This document shows, piece by piece, positions 1 to 12,724 of a stretch of 64,000 nt of DNA; within the stretch, counting starts at the first letter, position 1; each line of letters opens with the position of its first letter. The stretch lies in the NCBI GenBank assembly GCA_964106915.2, contig OZ066918.1, one strand, 5' to 3'. The DNA comes from Podarcis gaigeae. Its lineage: Eukaryota. A program made the position numbers and the translations under genes. Below the pieces are notes generated by a model that searched no databases, was not told where the DNA came from, and saw nothing but the letters and a program-made list of their open reading frames with translations.

Positions 1-1780
1 CTGAATCAGAGCAAATGTTAATCCGCAGAAAACCCAATCAATGTTTGCTCTGATTCAGCAGCAAAGAGCGGGTGTCCCAGAGGAAAGAGTTAAGGGACAA
101 GTGTTAAGAGTGGAGGAGCCCTGGATGGAACTTGGCCCAACAGAGCTAGGCTATTCTTACTCTGTCCTCTAACTGGTCGACAGCTTGAATAGGTATCTCA
201 CCTTGAACTAAAACTTTTCCAAACTCGCAGTTGTCTTCAAAGTGCTAGCACAGCAGAAAAGTAATTTGGGGTGGAAAACAGGCTGTGTGTCCCCCCCCCC
301 CCCCGGCTAAATCACAATATTCTCTTGATCGCTTGTTTTCCAAAGGATATCATCTGGAGAAGTACAAATGTAGGTCCGCTGGTTTCTCTCATTCATTTTT
401 CTTGCTCAGCCCCCCCCTCCCACCTCTGGACTCCGAAACTGTGTATTTATTCTGACAGCTCCATCAGGGCACATAGCTGCAATGAAAGCTGCAATAATTC
501 TCTCTCTCTCTCTTTCTCTTTAGCGCTTGTGCTGTCATGATTCCTATTCCATCCCATTCTGGTTTTACGGATTGATATTTAGATTAAGGAGATAAATACA
601 ACCAAAGAGTGCTGGGCTATGACAGACAGACGAGAACTTAGATCTGTCAGTCACTCCGCTACCTAGTAATTCCTCTCCCTTCTTTCCCTTCACTTTATTT
701 ACAGAGGTGAATGGATAAGAATATTTAAAAGGAACAAAGAGCCCAGCGTCCCCCACCCCCACCTCCACAAAATCCATTTGTGTTTAGCTTTCCAGACCAT
801 TTGGAACCTCTCCCTCTCTCTCCTTTGATTACTTAACTATTTACTGTTTCACATGTTTGCAGGTTTTCCTCTCTTACTGCAGATAAAGAATTCAATTTTC
901 TTTTAAATGGTGGGGGAAATTGGAAGAGATTTTGTTCTGTTTAAGCACAGCTGGAGTCTCAGGGACTCTGGGGGATTGTGAACAATGAGATCAATTAAGA
1001 TGCCAATGGAGAGAGGAGGTAGGCAGGAGGGGTGGGGAGGAGTGTGGGATGAGGAGAAAGGTGAGGAAGAGCACAGCAGGCAGCTTGGAGGACACAGGGA
1101 AAGCTATGGACTCCTTTTTGCTATATTGCTCCTCATTTCACACTTGTAAAACCAGATCTGGGCTGTCAGCTTAAAGGTTTCCAATATGCTTAGCAGGGGA
1201 GAAACACTGACAGCCATTTAATAGAAATATGAGTTTCAGGGAACCACAGAATTCACTGTACTATATGTTTATAATGGAGTTGGCCTTGATTTGAGACATG
1301 CACCCAACTTTCTCTTATTTGTCCACCAGGACCTAAGACACACGGGCAGGAGATAAAATGCAGTAAGCTGTTATGAACAGAAAAAGCGTTGCATTTCCAT
1401 TTCCGTTTCGGCAACGAAGAGGTTGTGTGCTGTGAATTTGACGTCAGAAATATCTTCACTTTGTATTAATCCACCCTTCCCATCATGAAGCAGGAATGTA
1501 ACATCAGCAGGCCCTCAGATAGGGAAGGATATGTACTGGGACCCACCCAACAGTACTGCTGGCGGGAACAGAAGGCAACGTTCAAGTTGATGGCAGTATA
1601 GAAAAAATAAGCCCAGAAAAATAAGCCCAGTTGAGATAGTGCTTCCTCTGTAATGAGCCAAATTCACAGAATAATCTGGGAGGGGGTGGGTGGGTTGGCA
1701 GGTAATAGTGTTCAAGGCAGCCTTCAAGAAACAGAGCTTACACTTGACTAAGTAAGCATTTCCCATAGATACCTTCTCCA

Positions 1781-1933
1781 GGAGAGGGTAGCTCAGTTGG
1801 TTAGAGCGGTGCTGAAAACGTCAAGATTGCAGGCTCAATCTCTGCACAGGGCAGTTGCATATTCCTGCATTGCAGGGGGTTGGACAATGATCCTTGGGGT
1901 CCCTTCCAACTTTACAGTTCTATGATTCTATGA
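1781..1933 (+). mobile_element. SINE with tRNA-derived head and CR1-derived 3' tail (Squam2-like)
   Basis: A-box TAGCTCAGTTGG and a degenerate B-box, then a CR1-type 3' end ...gggggttggac...ggtcccttccaac...ttctatgattctatga. Confidence 0.75.
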
Positions 1934-2233
1934 AATGTAAGCGAAAGGATGGTCCAGGAAACAGTGGGTCCCACAAAGTGAGGATTTAACAGGCCCATGT
2001 ATATTTGTATATCTTTGACTTTTAGCTAGACAGATCAAAGTTTGCAGTTTCCCACTGCTTCTCACCAGCAGGAGAGTTTTAAAGTACCCTGGGCTTATCC
2101 CTTCCGCTCTCTGAGGGGCTAATGATGATACATTACACACAAATATTTGTAGCAGAATCCTAACAACGTTAGTTTAAAAAACAAAATGACAAAACGTTGC
2201 TTTGGGAAGCATAAATATTGAGCAGAGATGCAC

Positions 2234-2235
<2 letters not shown>

Positions 2236-2269
<34 letters not shown>
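2236..2269. repeat. (TG)n microsatellite
   Basis: About 17 uninterrupted TG/GT units. Confidence 0.95.
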
Positions 2270-2271
<2 letters not shown>

Positions 2272-2491
2272 TTGTAGAAGATGCCTTCACCTTTTCTTGC
2301 CTTTTACTCCTCTACTCCAAATTATGCCCCCACAGCTATCCTTTTCCCAGGGTTCAAATGCATGTTTGCTCTGTTACATATGTTTGAGTACAATGTGCCG
2401 TTACGACCCCGAACCAAACAGTTCAAAACAGATTCGGTGAAGGGCAAGAGAGGAAGTCCCTTTGGCTGCGCCACAGATTAAATTTCCTATG

Positions 2492-2520
2492 GCCACGCCC
2501 CCTGCTGGTGCTGATTGGTC
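2492..2520 (-). promoter_or_regulatory. CTCF core motif overlapping a KLF/SP box, next to a CCAAT (NF-Y) box
   Basis: Minus strand reads CCAGCAGGGGGCGT (2495-2508). GCCACGCCC at 2492-2500 and CTGATTGGTC at 2511-2520. Motif match only. Confidence 0.5.
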
Positions 2521-3239
2521 AGCGGGGCCAACCCTGGGTGTGGCCCTGCCCAGCGCCAGTGACACAGCTGGGACAGCACAAGAGGGGCGTCAATCTTTGC
2601 CCCCCAGCTGGATCATTGCAGGGGCCCAGATGCTTGGCCACAATGCCGCCCACCAGAAAAGGTGAACCAACTTCCCATGGTTGGATCAGATTAGAATTAA
2701 TGGAATTGAATCTCAGTGGTTTCTGAGAATATTTTTTTATATATAAAAAACTTCCTACAGCATTTCTCTTCTTTTATTTCATCTGCGCAGTTGTGCAACA
2801 TTCATGCTATTCTTTGTGACGGAAAATAGACACAGAGAAGCATGTCCTTTGAAGAAACTCTTAGATGAAAACTTGAATCCAGAATACAATGGGCCCAGAA
2901 ATACTGAGCAGCAGCAGTCATTGCAAATTCTACTCAAATAAGCTGAAGACCCAGAAGTGGGGTGGATTAAGAAAAGCAGGAGACAGGTAGGGAAGAGGAC
3001 TTTCAGCTGCTGGCTGAAACTTCCAAGTATATTCATATTTGCTAAACCAAACCATCTCTTACTTATTTTCAGTCAGCAGAGAGAACTTGTTGCAACTGCA
3101 AGATTCTGTGTCTTACTTTACAGAAGACAGTGATCTGCCATAGGGCTGTCAATTCAAATCCAGTTGAAAGATAAAGACTGACAGGAAGGGATCTTGAAGA
3201 TGTCCATCGAGAGTTAGTACCTGAACAGCAGGCTGAGGA

Positions 3240-3556
3240 GATGAGAAGATCAAACCTATCCATTCTGAAGGAAATCAGCCCTGAGTGGTCACTGGAAGGG
3301 CAGATCCTGAAGATGAGGCTCCAATACCTTGGCCAACTCATGAGAAGAGAAGACTCCCTGGAAAAGACCCTGATGTTGGGAAAGATTGAGGGCATAAGGA
3401 GAAGGGGACGACAGAGGACGAATGGCTGGACAGTGTTCTCGAAGCTACCAGCATGAGTTAGACCAAACTGCGGGAGGCAGTGGAAGACAGGAGGGCCTGG
3501 CGTGCTCTGGTCCATGGGGTCACAAAGAGTTGGACACAGCTAAACAACAACAACAA
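3240..3556 (+). mobile_element. BovB (RTE clade) LINE, 5'-truncated 3' end
   Basis: ORF 3241..3456 reads RRSNLSILKEISPEWSLEGQILKMRLQYLGQLMRREDSLEKTLMLGKIEG, the typical BovB ORF C-terminus. The 3' UTR gtccatggggtcacaaagagttggacac is followed by a (CAA)n tail. Confidence 0.92.
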
Positions 3557-6500
3557 AGAAGTTATGCATTTTTATTTGCATTATAGCAATTATTTCTAAA
3601 TTCACATCCATACATGTAAATTAGCACATGCAATTTTTTTGGTCCTTTTTAAAGTGATGCATTTCCCCTTCTTTGGAGATATTTAAGTGGCCATCCAAGG
3701 GCACAGCAAAGCCGCATGAACAAATTTGGGAGGTAGGTACTTCAGAAGAAACAGATAAAACCAGTGGTTAGAGCCTCTAGGAAGCCAGTGTCTCTAGTGC
3801 AATGCCTCAACTGACTGAGAAAGTGATCTGTATTTTAAATATTTACTTATCGATGAACACTGATCTCCTTCCCAGTGTGGGACAACTGCATTATAACTTT
3901 TTTTGTCAACTCACATTCCTATATTGCTGGTGGGGGGGGGGGGATCAGCACAAGATCAATTTTCTTGTCCCTTGTGTGAAGCCAAGGTGGAAATTAGAAA
4001 GGCAGAAGATCAAAAGAAGGTTAACGTGAGACTCTTTGACAACTAAATTAAAAGTGACCTAGTGAGAGGTGCTACAATAAGTTAATTAACACATTTACTT
4101 TGCTACTAAATTCCTAGAAGCTGCTCCAAGTTATGCTCTTATAATATGAAAGGTGACATAAGCAGATAAAAGACAGGAAGTTTCATTCTACCAGGGCAAC
4201 CTATTTTGCCCTTTAAATACTGTCCAATGTGAGTGGAAGTAGCTCAAAAGTGGAAGTAGCTCAAAAAAAGCTTCAGGTAGGGGTCCTTCCTATCGTTTGC
4301 CACCTGATACTTTTAACTTGAGATGAACCTGGATCTTCTACATGCAAAATAGTATTCTACCCCTGAGATAAGGGGTCTCTCATAGGACATGGAGGGTGTC
4401 TGCACATGTAAGTGCCTGCTAACAAAGGTGAGAGAAATTATGAGTGTGGAAACCGACTGCTATGAATCATGCCCATTGCTACCTACAGAGATAAGAATGG
4501 AACATATGGATTTGAGCATACTCTTTGTAAATCAGATTTGATCATAGCTAATATCCAGATATAAGCAGTATGGTTTGAATTCAGGCTTGCCAGTTCCAGC
4601 ACAGCATTCTTGTCCTCAATGCCAATATGGAGGAAGACAAAAAAAACCTTGTGGGTTATTGCAGTTCCAGAATCCAGCCACTGGAGCTCTTGATTTGCTC
4701 AGCATGATGTGTGGGTTGATTGGCAGGGCTCTTCCTTATACATGGTGTGCCGTTCCTATGATTTTGCTTTGCAATAAGCCACCACCACGTTTTTGCTATT
4801 TGGGATGCTATTTGGGACTGCTTTGATAGCAGTCCTGTTGCTGCCATCCATACATAGCTCGAAGAAAGGTGTTTTCAGAAGAAGAAAACATTCTGAAAAG
4901 TCTGACCAGGGTAGGATAAGTGCTGATGTCATCTGTTTGGTTGAGCATTGAATACCTATAGCACAAATGAAGCCTGGTGAGCTTAAGCTTAAGCTTAACC
5001 AATGTCTAAGCCTTGGTCCCATTTTTATCAGCTGTACCATCCTGGATGAATCCAGTAGATAAACTGCTTGCTGGAGTTACGGCAAAATACTTCAGAATTT
5101 GAACTAATAGATCTACTAACTGGGACCAATGGCTTCATTTTTAAGTGACCTGGCATGATTTGCCTGGACTAATATGCAGATTGGAACACAAATATCATTT
5201 GGCTCTCACATTGCCCCAAAATTTGCACTAGTGACCTATTGCTCTGTCTCTACTTGTCATTTTTCCTTAACAAAGGAAATGAAGAAATAGGTGGGGAATC
5301 AAAAGCAGACCTCCAGAGAGCTTAAAAGAAGTTAAGTGTGGTATCATGGGATTCAAGCAGGCAAAAGCAACTGATCTGAATCTAATCTACCAAGCTACAC
5401 TGGGAGCAAATCAAGCAGCAAGAAGGATTAGGAGGTCAGGGTCTACCTGCAAAGTAACGGTCTCTTGAGTGATCATTCACTTAAGACCTCCAAAACCAAG
5501 AGAAAGGCATGCTGTCACAAAACAAGTAAACTTGCTTTCCTCCAAATTTTGATTTGTTTAAAAGCAGCAGAACAACCTCAGCCTCTATCTGCTTGCCACT
5601 ACTCACTCACACTCCCAGCCAGTAAAAGCCCAAGTATCCACATATCCAGGGATATAAGTGTTTCGGTCTGCATGAGTCTTCTGTGAGGATTAACACCACT
5701 TCGCTTTATCCTATAATTTGATTCTGCAACTTCAAGCTTAGGAGGAACAGATATTTGAAGTGTAAGGATGTAAGCTCCGAGCGACACTACACCCCTGCTA
5801 TGCCGAAATCAGTCACTCGCATTTAGTGCCTGCAGCATCACTGAACGGCAGAAGCTCTTCTGAGTTGCAGACAGCTGTATGAATTAATACAACTGTTCAT
5901 CACTGCCAGGACATGGAGATTCTGGAGCCTGAGCAGGTTGGCAACTGTCTGTTGGCTCCCAACGCTGCTCACAAACTCAGGATGGAGCAAGGCCAAGATG
6001 ACAGCATTACTTCTATCCATTGCCTTTGATTGAGAAAGAGAGAGATATCTAGTTGAATGGAAACCCAAGATAAGAAGCAAAAGGTGTCATAGTGGCACCA
6101 ATTATTCCTATCCAACTTTTATTTTAGTGATAAGTAAGGAGCAAAAACAAAAGGGTAGAAATAAAACCTGTGCCTTTTACTAACCATGGCTCAGGTAGAA
6201 ACTGGTATGGTCTGTCCCATCCTGCAGTCATTATTGAATTAGCAAGTGCTCCCCTCCCTTTACCCTACCCTGAACTACCGGCCATGAAACCTTTTAATAA
6301 CATAACAGAAAGGTCAACGAGAGCGAATTTCACACTTCTTAAGCAAGCTGGTTGTTGTAAACTTCATAGCCTCCAGGAGCAGGAGATGCTGAGAAAGCAA
6401 AGAGCACCCTAAATCAACATTTGGCGGGGAGGGGGGAGGAGGCTTTGACACTCTCCCCTGAATCTCAGGGAGTATTTGTCCAGGAGCCAGGGAACATTTT

Positions 6501-7728
6501 TTCCATTTACAAAGAGGTTGCTTTTTCTGTTCATTTGATAGATTGATGGAAGAGCGGTTGTACACTCAAAAACAAAGTATGAATGACACAGTGTACAACT
6601 CTATTGCTGCAAGTTCAGCATCAAGAGCTTAAAGCCTCTCCTCTAAAGCCTAAAAAGCTGAACAACAATTCTATTTTGATTGTATTGCTGAGGAAAATGC
6701 ACATGTGCTGACTGAGAAGCAAACAGAGGGAGGAAACAGAGCTTGCCATGCAGCTGAGGAGGCTGAACCAGCTTCTCTTTGGCAATACACAGCCTTGGTA
6801 TTGCTAACCATGTTGAATTTGGTATAGGGTACCTCTAGCCCTAGATCTGCAAAGCAGACCTTTTGAAAACAAGTCTTCGTAGCATGAGGCCTGCCTAGAG
6901 GCATTCTCTGCATTCCCATGCAGGCTGCAGAAGCTGCTGCCTTAAAGCCTGTGCTGTCCAGCTGTTCACCTGCAAACAAAACACTTCCTGAATCTCATAT
7001 GATAACGATGAGCACAATGGAACTGAAGAGAGGAATGCAAAATAAGAAAAAGAAAATGGGGATCAGAAGAGTTGCAGGGGAAACGCGAAAGAGAGAGCAC
7101 GCAAATCCAGAGGTAAAAATATTTCAGGAAACTATATAAATGCTTCCACAGGCCAACTGCATCTCCACCCAGAGCATCCTGTGGAGCTGTGTGTTTGAAC
7201 TTGTAAAGAGGAAAGGAGGCAGAGCAAGCTGGAAGTGGAAAGGAAAAGGAGGCATTGAATCCCTGCTGCTTGCAATCTCCGTTGCTTCATAGCTGATTTA
7301 TAAGTGAAAAAAGGCAGCAGTTTCTCTGCCGTCAGAGACTTGAGTGGGGAGAAATGCTACAGAAAGGCATGGTCATTTGTCATCACTGGTGAAGTTCTTT
7401 TTTTCCTTTTCTGGTACATTTCATATACCCAGGCCTAAATAGGAGAGGTGGAAAGGCATCAGTAGATAGTACTAGACTTTGGCTATTGGAAACTTGAGCT
7501 CAAATCCATGTTTTGTATTTCACTGGGTGACCATCTTCTCTCAGCAGAACCTGTTTAACAGGATTGTTGTGAACCTAAACTACTGCCTTAGCCCTTATGC
7601 TTCTAGGAATATAGAGGGGGTTCAAATATTTTTTTTAAATGGGAACGTAAGCCTACCTGCAGTGGCTCCCAGATGACATCCAGTTTCTGCTCACGTTTAA
7701 CATTCATCTACACGTTTAACATTCATCT

Positions 7729-7830
7729 GTGCATCTGAAGAAGTGTGCATGCACACGAAAGCTCATACCAAGAACTGACTTAGTTGGTCTTTAAGGTGCT
7801 ACTGGAAGGAATTTTTTGTTTTTTGTTTTT
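7729..7830. mobile_element. Short Penelope-like terminal-repeat-derived element
   Basis: atctgaagaagtg...cacgaaagctcat...ttagttggtctttaaggtgctactgga resembles reptile Penelope-like termini (recalled). Flanks are duplicated. Confidence 0.65.
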
Positions 7831-8309
7831 ATTCATCTACACGTTAAGGTTGCAACACTTATTCAGTGTAAGACAATGTCTAAGCCCCCGTTTCCTTTTG
7901 CAACTGAGCCACAGAGAGGCTCACCCAAAGCAGAACCAGGATCTAAACCAGGGTCTTCCGGTTCCCAAACACTATGCACTGTATCCCTGTAGAATGCTAA
8001 TAAGCATTTTAAATTAGCAAATTGCTGCGCCATTCATAGCAACCTTGTGAAACTGGTTACTATTGCTATTTTACAGAGAGGGATCTGGGGCAGATGGAGA
8101 GAAATGGGTGAATTTGCATGGCCATGGTTTTAACAAGGCAGGATATGAATGAGCAGCATGCACCAACTCATACATAGCCTCCTGCCCACCACTTTGCTAC
8201 ATCCATTCAAATGAGTAACAAAACAGGCCTTGATTCAGCTGTTACCCATTGTTTCCCATGACATGTGAACCAGGAAACAATGGTTAATAGCTTACACACA
8301 AGATGGGAT

Positions 8310-8609
8310 ATATTTTTATATAAATGTTATTAAACATTTGGAAATACAGTTAAAACAGTACAGTACAATATATATAATGATCAAGTACATATGAAATTTA
8401 TGCTTATATAAGTATTTATTTAACTTAAGCAAATACTGAAACATACAAAAGGGGGGGGGGGGAGAACCAGCAAGCTAAAAAAAAATACAAACTTACAAAA
8501 AAGTGATCCATTTGTGTATATATTTATTTCTGTATCTATTTTTACAAATAAACAACATGTGCACCCCCTATCTTTATATTTTTGCCTTGTCTAAGTTAAC
8601 CCATGCATG

Positions 8610-8652
<43 letters not shown>

Positions 8653-9080
8653 TAAAAAATGCAATTTATGGCAGCAAACAGTCCATTCTTATGTCTATAA
8701 TACCCAGTTCTGTAATCTGCTTATTTCCTCTCTAGCAATTTCATAAGGATGCCACATCTTAGTTAACTTTGTTATTTCTAATTGTTCCCAACTTTTCTGA
8801 ATTAAACCTTTGGTGTTCTGTTATTTTTTCCAGATTTTAGCGTATAATATCCTTGCAATGGTTACTATGTACAAAACCCTGTGTTTTATTACTTCTTTGT
8901 ACTCTCTTCTCTTTGTGTATAATAATAATAATAAGCACAATGATGGTTTTACCTTTATCTGTATCTGTAACAATTCCCTGAGCATCTCACGTTACCATTT
9001 GCCAAAACACCCCACCAAATGTGAAAGTTGTTGCCTTTATCTTTATGACATATCCACATAATGCAAACTTCACACCATAT
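8310..9080 (-). mobile_element. Degenerate AT-rich LINE (L1/Tx1-like) 3' fragment with embedded (CA)n at 8614-8649
   Basis: AT-rich 3'-UTR-like tract followed by decayed ORF-like sequence. Recognised by composition only. Confidence 0.35.
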
Positions 9081-9097
9081 CTTATTATTATTATTTA

Positions 9098-9469
9098 AGT
9101 AAAGGTAAAGGTACCCCTGACCAACAGGTCCAGTCGTGACTGACTCTGGGGTTGCGCGCTCATCTTGCTCAAGAGGCCGGGAACCGGCGCTTGTCCGAAG
9201 ACAGCTTCCGGGTCACGTGGCCAGCGTGACTAAGCCGCAGCTGGCGAGCCAGCACCAGCGCAGCACACGGAAACGCCGTTTACCTTCCCGCTAGAGAGCG
9301 GTCCCTATTTATCTACTTGCACTTTGGGGTGCTTTCGAACTGCTAGGTAGGCAGGAGCTGGGACCGAACGACGGGAGCTCACCCCGTCACACGGGGATTT
9401 GAACCGCCGACCTTTCGATCAGCAAGTCCTAGGCACTGTGGTTTAACCCACGGCACCACCCGCGGTCCC
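9098..9469 (+). mobile_element. Sauria SINE (Squam1), full length and young
   Basis: Starts aaaggtaaaggtacccctga, has the core ctatttatctacttgcact and retains CpGs. 14-bp TSD attattattattta at 9084-9097 and 9470-9483. Confidence 0.93.
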
Positions 9470-12400
9470 ATTATTATTATTTAGAAGCCACTAACCTTAG
9501 TTTCCAAGTTTTCATATAACTGGACGCTCTGATTAAAAACTGAATTCTGGTTTGTTCAGCTGTTTGCTCACAGAGTGGCACAAAGTGGCAGTGAAGAGGC
9601 TGTGTTCACCCACAAGCAACTTCTGTACATCCCACCTTTTTAAGCCAGGATATGATTCTACAAACCACATAGTAACTTGTCAAATGACAGCCCATGACAG
9701 AGGTGGAGCCTGAACCGGGTCTCCAAGATCTGTATCCACTGGACCATATATAGGCTAGGCTCTCAGTTGCACCCTGAGACCCAAGCATCTAAATAGTAGC
9801 AACTTGAGTCAAAGTGTGTCAGAAGGGAGACAAAAAACCCCCTCAACATTTCCAGAAGTGCTGGGAGCAAACACTTCCTTGGCACAGTAGGTAGAGTGCT
9901 AAAGAATATATGAACCACCACCACCCTTCCCGGGCCTTGCATTTTTAAAACTGCCCATGTCTTCGCCTGAAAACTGTGGTAGGCTTGTGCAGCAGAGCCA
10001 GCTGCTACTCTGCTGTCACCAGGAAAGGCTGACACATACACTCCCGTATCCCAGGGACCACCCTCATTAGGCAGAACTCACAAAGCACAAAGGAAGCTAC
10101 AGCAAACAGATGAAGAATTACTGCATTCATTCACAAAGGGCCTTGAAACTACACAAATCAAATGGAACACGGGACAATCAGGAAGATATGATTGAGACGG
10201 AGGGAGGGAACCCAGTTTATTTACTGGCCTTTCATAATCTGTGTGCTTCTTTCTGAATCAAGCTTACATCTGTCTAGACTAATTAACTCCTTAAAACTTA
10301 TGCACAGTCTGCTATCTAACTATGCACACACGAACCACTTTGGGCGTCGTATAGGAGTTTCAAAAGTGCGTCAGGAGTCTCTCCTTTGTTAAGGGAAGTA
10401 CACGAGGAAGGAAAGTGACAAATTACTCTTGTGGCATGTGAAGAGCTGGCATGGGTTGCTCCAAGAAGATGGCACATTTTATCTTGTTTTTCTCCGAAGC
10501 AGCTACCCCAAAGTAACAAGTGAGGTATGGCATGAGCCATGCATTGTTTCCAAGAATCTCATTTTTTAAAACACAAACCTCCCACCATTCCATCAGCTGC
10601 CGAAAACCCCCCACTGTTAAATATTCAGAACCAGCCACTAGGAGTACACCAATAATTCACACCTATCTATATGGCTAAAACATAATGGCTGGGGTGGGAT
10701 TTTCAATGATGCATGTGACCATTTAGATTCCTTCCTCCATCTTTTCCATGTAAGCATGATCCATGTACAATTGGACTAAGACACATATGATAAAGAATAA
10801 CTTTAAACATATAACAGAACATATGGGAAGATCTATAAGGTCTAAGTCATTCAGGACTGCTTAGTCAGATTGCCAAGTAATTTGTGCATTTGTTTTGGGG
10901 TGTGTGTGTTGAAATCCAGCTCTGCTGGCCTTTAACGAAAGATGCTACTAATCACTTATTTTAAAACTCACCAACACATGTGTGTGAAAAGCAAAGCAAC
11001 TGATTATTGTGTAGCACAATATGCAGATTACTGAGTTCTTCCCATCACCATTCAACTTTGTCTAGAGAGTGTGCCACTTTACATGAACAATCCTTCAAAT
11101 AAGCAGCACTTTTGACATGTGCAGAGTGTTGCATCTCAAACAACCAAAGAAAACGAACAAGCACTTTCCAAAGCCTGTTAAAAGTTTGGGATCAGCTGGG
11201 AGGGCAATCTGGATTTCAATGCTAATTGCATACATTCTGATTTATCATAGAAGATTCGACTCCTGGCATTTTGCATTTGCTCTAAAATGCTGGCATAGCT
11301 GGAAGTGCAGGGGTGTGTGTGGGGGGGAGATGCTGTAACAATCTCATTGTTTAGTGTCTGACAGCCTGACTAGCTAAACATCTGTTTGAAATATTAATAA
11401 CTGTCAGATGGGAACAGCTCAGGGGCTCCGTACGGTTTCACACCATCTGTTTGTAGAATAAACACACTTACATGCATACACTTGGAAACATTTTGTCTGA
11501 GTTCTACATTCCTCGTCTGCTACTGTTTGCATATGTAGGTTGATGGGAGGTAGGGGACTGTAGCGGCCCAGGACCACATGGGCTGGTAAGTTTGAGCATG
11601 CTGCTGGGGAAAAGACTAACTGAGGGCAGGTACATGTTACACTGCAGACAAGCTTCCTGTTCCTCAACTATGTGTCTCCCGATGAACTCCTGTATCACCC
11701 ATAAGAAAGCAGCGCACATGGGCTGGACAACTACATCCCGTTGTAGCTCCAAGGCACAAGTCCAGTGTATCTCCCCATGTATTTACAGACACTTCCCTGC
11801 CTTCAAACACTTCACATTTACCAGAAGACAGGTTGCGAAGAAACTGCAAATGCATCAGCCGCATAAAGTGTGAATCGGCCCAGCGAGTTGAAAACATGCA
11901 AAAACAAAACAAAACACACACAACAAAAACCCAGAGGAAGAATTCATGCATATTTAACAACGGTGGCATAAAGACACCACCAACCACTTGTATTTTTCTT
12001 CTTTCAAGAGCCTCTTAATATTAGATTTATTAAAGTATGCTGGGCTTCTATTACAAGCAGTTAAGACTGGGAAAAGGAGTATCTTGAAAAGATGTCCCTG
12101 GGTATTTTTAAATTTCCCATTTGGAAGATATGCATATATTGCCCTCTTCTAATTTGGGTGCAAAGTCTTGATACTTCATTTAACTCAACTGACTTTGTTT
12201 TTCCCCTCCTCCTGCTGCCCCTACACAGGCTTAGTAGATCATGCTAAGCCAAACAGGCCTTAAACTGAATCCAGAATGCAGAGGCAGTAGGAGAGCATTC
12301 TATCCACCCCTCACTTCCTGATGTTTTGCAAAAGAGCGATATATATGAATGAATGAGCATCACAGATTTGCAACAGTCTTTGCCACAGCTAAATGATTCC

Positions 12401-12724
12401 TGATCGCCTAAGGTACCTTCTGCCCAACTGACTACCTGAGATTATCGTAAAGGGTTCAAAGATCACAGGATGTTCAGTGCACTACAAACCCAGCTGGATT
12501 TTTGCCTTTTATCTCCTGTGTCCCACACATTTTCCTGTCTCCAACCGTGCCTGTATTGACTATTCCATACTCTTGCTTCTACTTCCTCCCTGTATTTGTG
12601 ATCAGCTCTGCTTCCTTTGCCTTCTCCCTAATAATGCTTTCAAAATCTCACATATCATCTGCAGAAGCTCTATCTTATTTCAGCTTATGACTTCTGTTAT
12701 GTCACATGGCCCTTGTCATTGACA

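Noticed and set aside
1781-1855. Possible tRNA gene
   Set aside because: The stems are degenerate, there is no poly-T terminator, and it continues into a CR1-type tail, so it is a SINE head.
7370-7400. Possible next CDH23 exon (FTSDD-like string on the minus strand)
   Set aside because: It is followed by K and a stop codon and lacks the upstream ATDND motif, so the true exon is probably beyond position 1.
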